Below are positions 32,239 to 34,502 of a stretch of DNA of 34,502 nt, in pieces. The notes under the pieces are model-generated. The model did not search any database. It was given only the letters and a program-made list of their open reading frames with translations, and had not been told where the DNA came from. Made by a program: the position numbers and the translations under genes. This DNA is from Octopus bimaculoides. Lineage: Eukaryota. The stretch's first letter is position 1, and each line of letters begins with the position of its first letter. Where the stretch lies: assembly GCF_001194135.2 (NCBI RefSeq), contig NC_068983.1, forward strand, positions 54,626,441-54,660,942, written 5' to 3'.

Positions 32239-32590
32239 ATGGATGCCAACAGCTCCATAAAGAAGTATGAAACTCTCAAAGTCGACGGAACATGTGAAAA
32301 AGGGAGACCCAGGAAGAAGTGAGATGAAGTGCTGAAGGATGACATCAGGATGCTGAACCTTTCAGACGAGATGACAAAGGACCATGTTACCTGGCATTGA
32401 CCCATCCTTCACAGCAGAAGTGTTAAGGCCACTCCCACTGGCGAAAGGATTGACCTGCAAGAGTCATGTTCTGGTGCCACATGAAACCACTCATGTGATG
32501 CCATGCTAAAAGCACCCAGCACACCTCTGTAAAGTGGCTGACATTAGGAAGGGCATCCAGTTGTAGAAACCAAGCCAAATCCTGCTGGAT
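32239..32590 (+). mobile_element. RTE-clade ORF C-terminus followed by family C-like sequence
   Basis: MDANSSIKKYETLKVDGTCEKGRPRKK*DEVLKDDIRMLNLSDEMTKDHVTW, then AAAAGCACCC..ATTAGGAAGGGCATCCAGTTGTAGAAACC. Confidence 0.75.
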
Positions 32591-32653
32591 TGCCACATGA
32601 GGACGTGGTATATGTAAAGTATTAGCAGATGCTCAGGGAGGGAAAGAAAGGTG

Positions 32654-32688
32654 GTTTCATGTTTCAAGCAAAGCTTGTCTTCAGAAAC
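32654..32688 (-). ncRNA. Decayed minimal hammerhead in a short dispersed repeat (32599-32760)
   Basis: Minus strand: GTTT-CTGAAGA-C-AAGC-TTT-GCTT-GAAAC-ATG-AAAC. The cleavage triplet is mutated; the 3903 copy retains GTA-AAAC. Confidence 0.6.
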
Positions 32689-32993
32689 AGAGGACAGAGG
32701 AATGTCAAATAGAAAAAGGGAGATGGAGCAAAATCGCCAACAATTCACATGTGGTTACATTTAGATGTATATATATATATATATNNNNNNNNNNATACAT
32801 ATATACACACACGCACACATATATATATAGACATATATGTACGTACATAGACATACACACATACACACACATATATGTAGATCAAGGGGGCATTATTATA
32901 CTAAAGAGACTTGTACAGCCAATAGGCTCATGCAAACACATCCACACATACATAAATATCTTCATTAACTCACCATATATGGAAACCTAGGCC

Positions 32994-33037
<44 letters not shown>

Positions 33038-33067
33038 AAGTGAAATGCATGATAAGGGAACATGCGT

Positions 33068-33102
<35 letters not shown>

Positions 33103-34051
33103 AACTGGCCTTCACATAGTCATAAATCTTTAGAACTGTCTTAATGCAAACAAAGAAGCTTTGTCACTGCGTTAGTGTCAGCTCAAATTCTGAGGGGAAG
33201 AATTTAAATAAATCTCAGGGAAAATCATGTATACAAACATACACACATACACACATACATACATACATACATACATGCAATATATGTGCATACATACATA
33301 TGTACATACATACGTACACACATGCGTATGTACATACATACATACTTACATACACATGTATATATGTGCATACATATGCATATACAAGCATACATAAGCA
33401 CATGAATGCATACGTACATAAGTATATGCATATGTATGTATATACATGCATACACACATACACACACATATAAATACATTTGTGCTTAAATACAAACATA
33501 CAAACTTACATGTACATATATAAATACACATACAATTATGCATATATGTGTATATATATATATACATATACATATATATATATATGCATTATTGTATGTA
33601 TGCATGTCTGTATGTATGTACGCATGTATATACATTCATATACACTTACTTACATACATATATATGGATAATCATACATTATGCATATACATACATAAAG
33701 AATTGCATCCATACCATACATACATACATATGTAAATACATAGGTTTATGTGAATACATATATTAAGTACATATATATATAAGCAAACATATATGTATAT
33801 ATACACACACTAGCATATATACATACACCCCCTCCACACACACACACACGCTTAGGCTGTAGACAACACTAGTAGCAGACACTAATCAATGTGACCAGTC
33901 AAAAATGTCAATATTGTGTAGTAAGTAGATTTTGATTTGTGGACTTCATATTTGCAATGTTAATTCGATTCATTTCAATCTTTTGGTCATTTTTCATGTG
34001 TTAACACAAACATGGTGAGAAGTGAAATGGCCAGACTTTATTCCATTTTAT

Positions 34052-34052
<1 letters not shown>

Positions 34053-34086
<34 letters not shown>

Positions 34087-34255
34087 TTTCGTTTAACATC
34101 TGTGTTCTGTGTGCTGGTATGAGTTGCATGGTTTGACAGGATCTGATGTCTCCAAGGACTACATTGTGCTCTAGTGTCTTCTTTGGCAGGATTTCTACAG
34201 CTGGATGCCCTGCCTAACACCAATCACTCTACTGTATGCATTTGGTGCTTTTGTT
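34053..34255 (-). mobile_element. Family C, diverged
   Basis: (CAT)n, GTTTAACATCT.., then TTTCTACAGCTGGATGCCCTGCCTAACACCAATCAC. Confidence 0.75.
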
Positions 34256-34362
34256 GTATCACCAGGACTAGTAAGGTCTCCCTACAGCTCACAAGATTAT
34301 GAAACCCAAGAAAAGAAAGAAAGGGCTTTATACGAAAAGATGAGGTATATATATATTTATAT

Positions 34363-34502
34363 ATAGGTGCAGGTGTGGCTGTGTGGTAAGCTTGTTTACC
34401 AACCACATGGTTCTGGGTTCAGTCCCACTGCGTGGTACCTTGGGCAAGTGTCTTCTACTATAGCCTCGGGCCGACCAAAGCCTTGTGAGTGGATTTGGTA
34501 GA
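34363..34502 (+). mobile_element. SINE family B 5' half, cut by the window end
   Basis: GGTGCAGGTGTGGCTGTGTGGTAAG..GGGTTCAGTCCCACTGCGTGGTACCTTGGGCAAGTG. Confidence 0.9.

Noticed and set aside
33134-33170. 37-nt AG..GTTAGT candidate exon (NCLNANKEALSL)
   Set aside because: Isolated; such site pairs arise often by chance in AT-rich DNA.

Overview
AT-rich, heavily gapped eukaryotic scaffold: about 4.6 kb of N in 11 gaps, most flanked by microsatellites. The repeat landscape (tRNA-derived SINEs, RTE 3' ends with GAT tails, dense TA/CA/TATG/GAT/CAA microsatellites) looks like Octopus (coleoid cephalopod) intronic/intergenic DNA; this is pattern recognition, not a database result. No intact gene is present, and nearly all long ORFs in the track are artefacts of N runs or simple repeats. 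Supported content: a full-length decayed DD37D (maT) Tc1/mariner; a decayed hAT (Charlie/Buster-like) transposase with nested insertions; a Penelope-like RT/GIY-YIG 3' fragment; CR1, RTE and R4-type LINE fragments; a pogo/Tigger scrap; three SINE families; Helentron-like non-autonomous elements; and many foldback MITEs. A few phase-compatible candidate plus-strand exons may end an unidentified gene at 26431. The most notable signal is four different minimal type I hammerhead ribozyme motifs (13449, 27174, 28754, 32654). Two have intact catalytic cores, and three lie in short repeats with no coding sequence.
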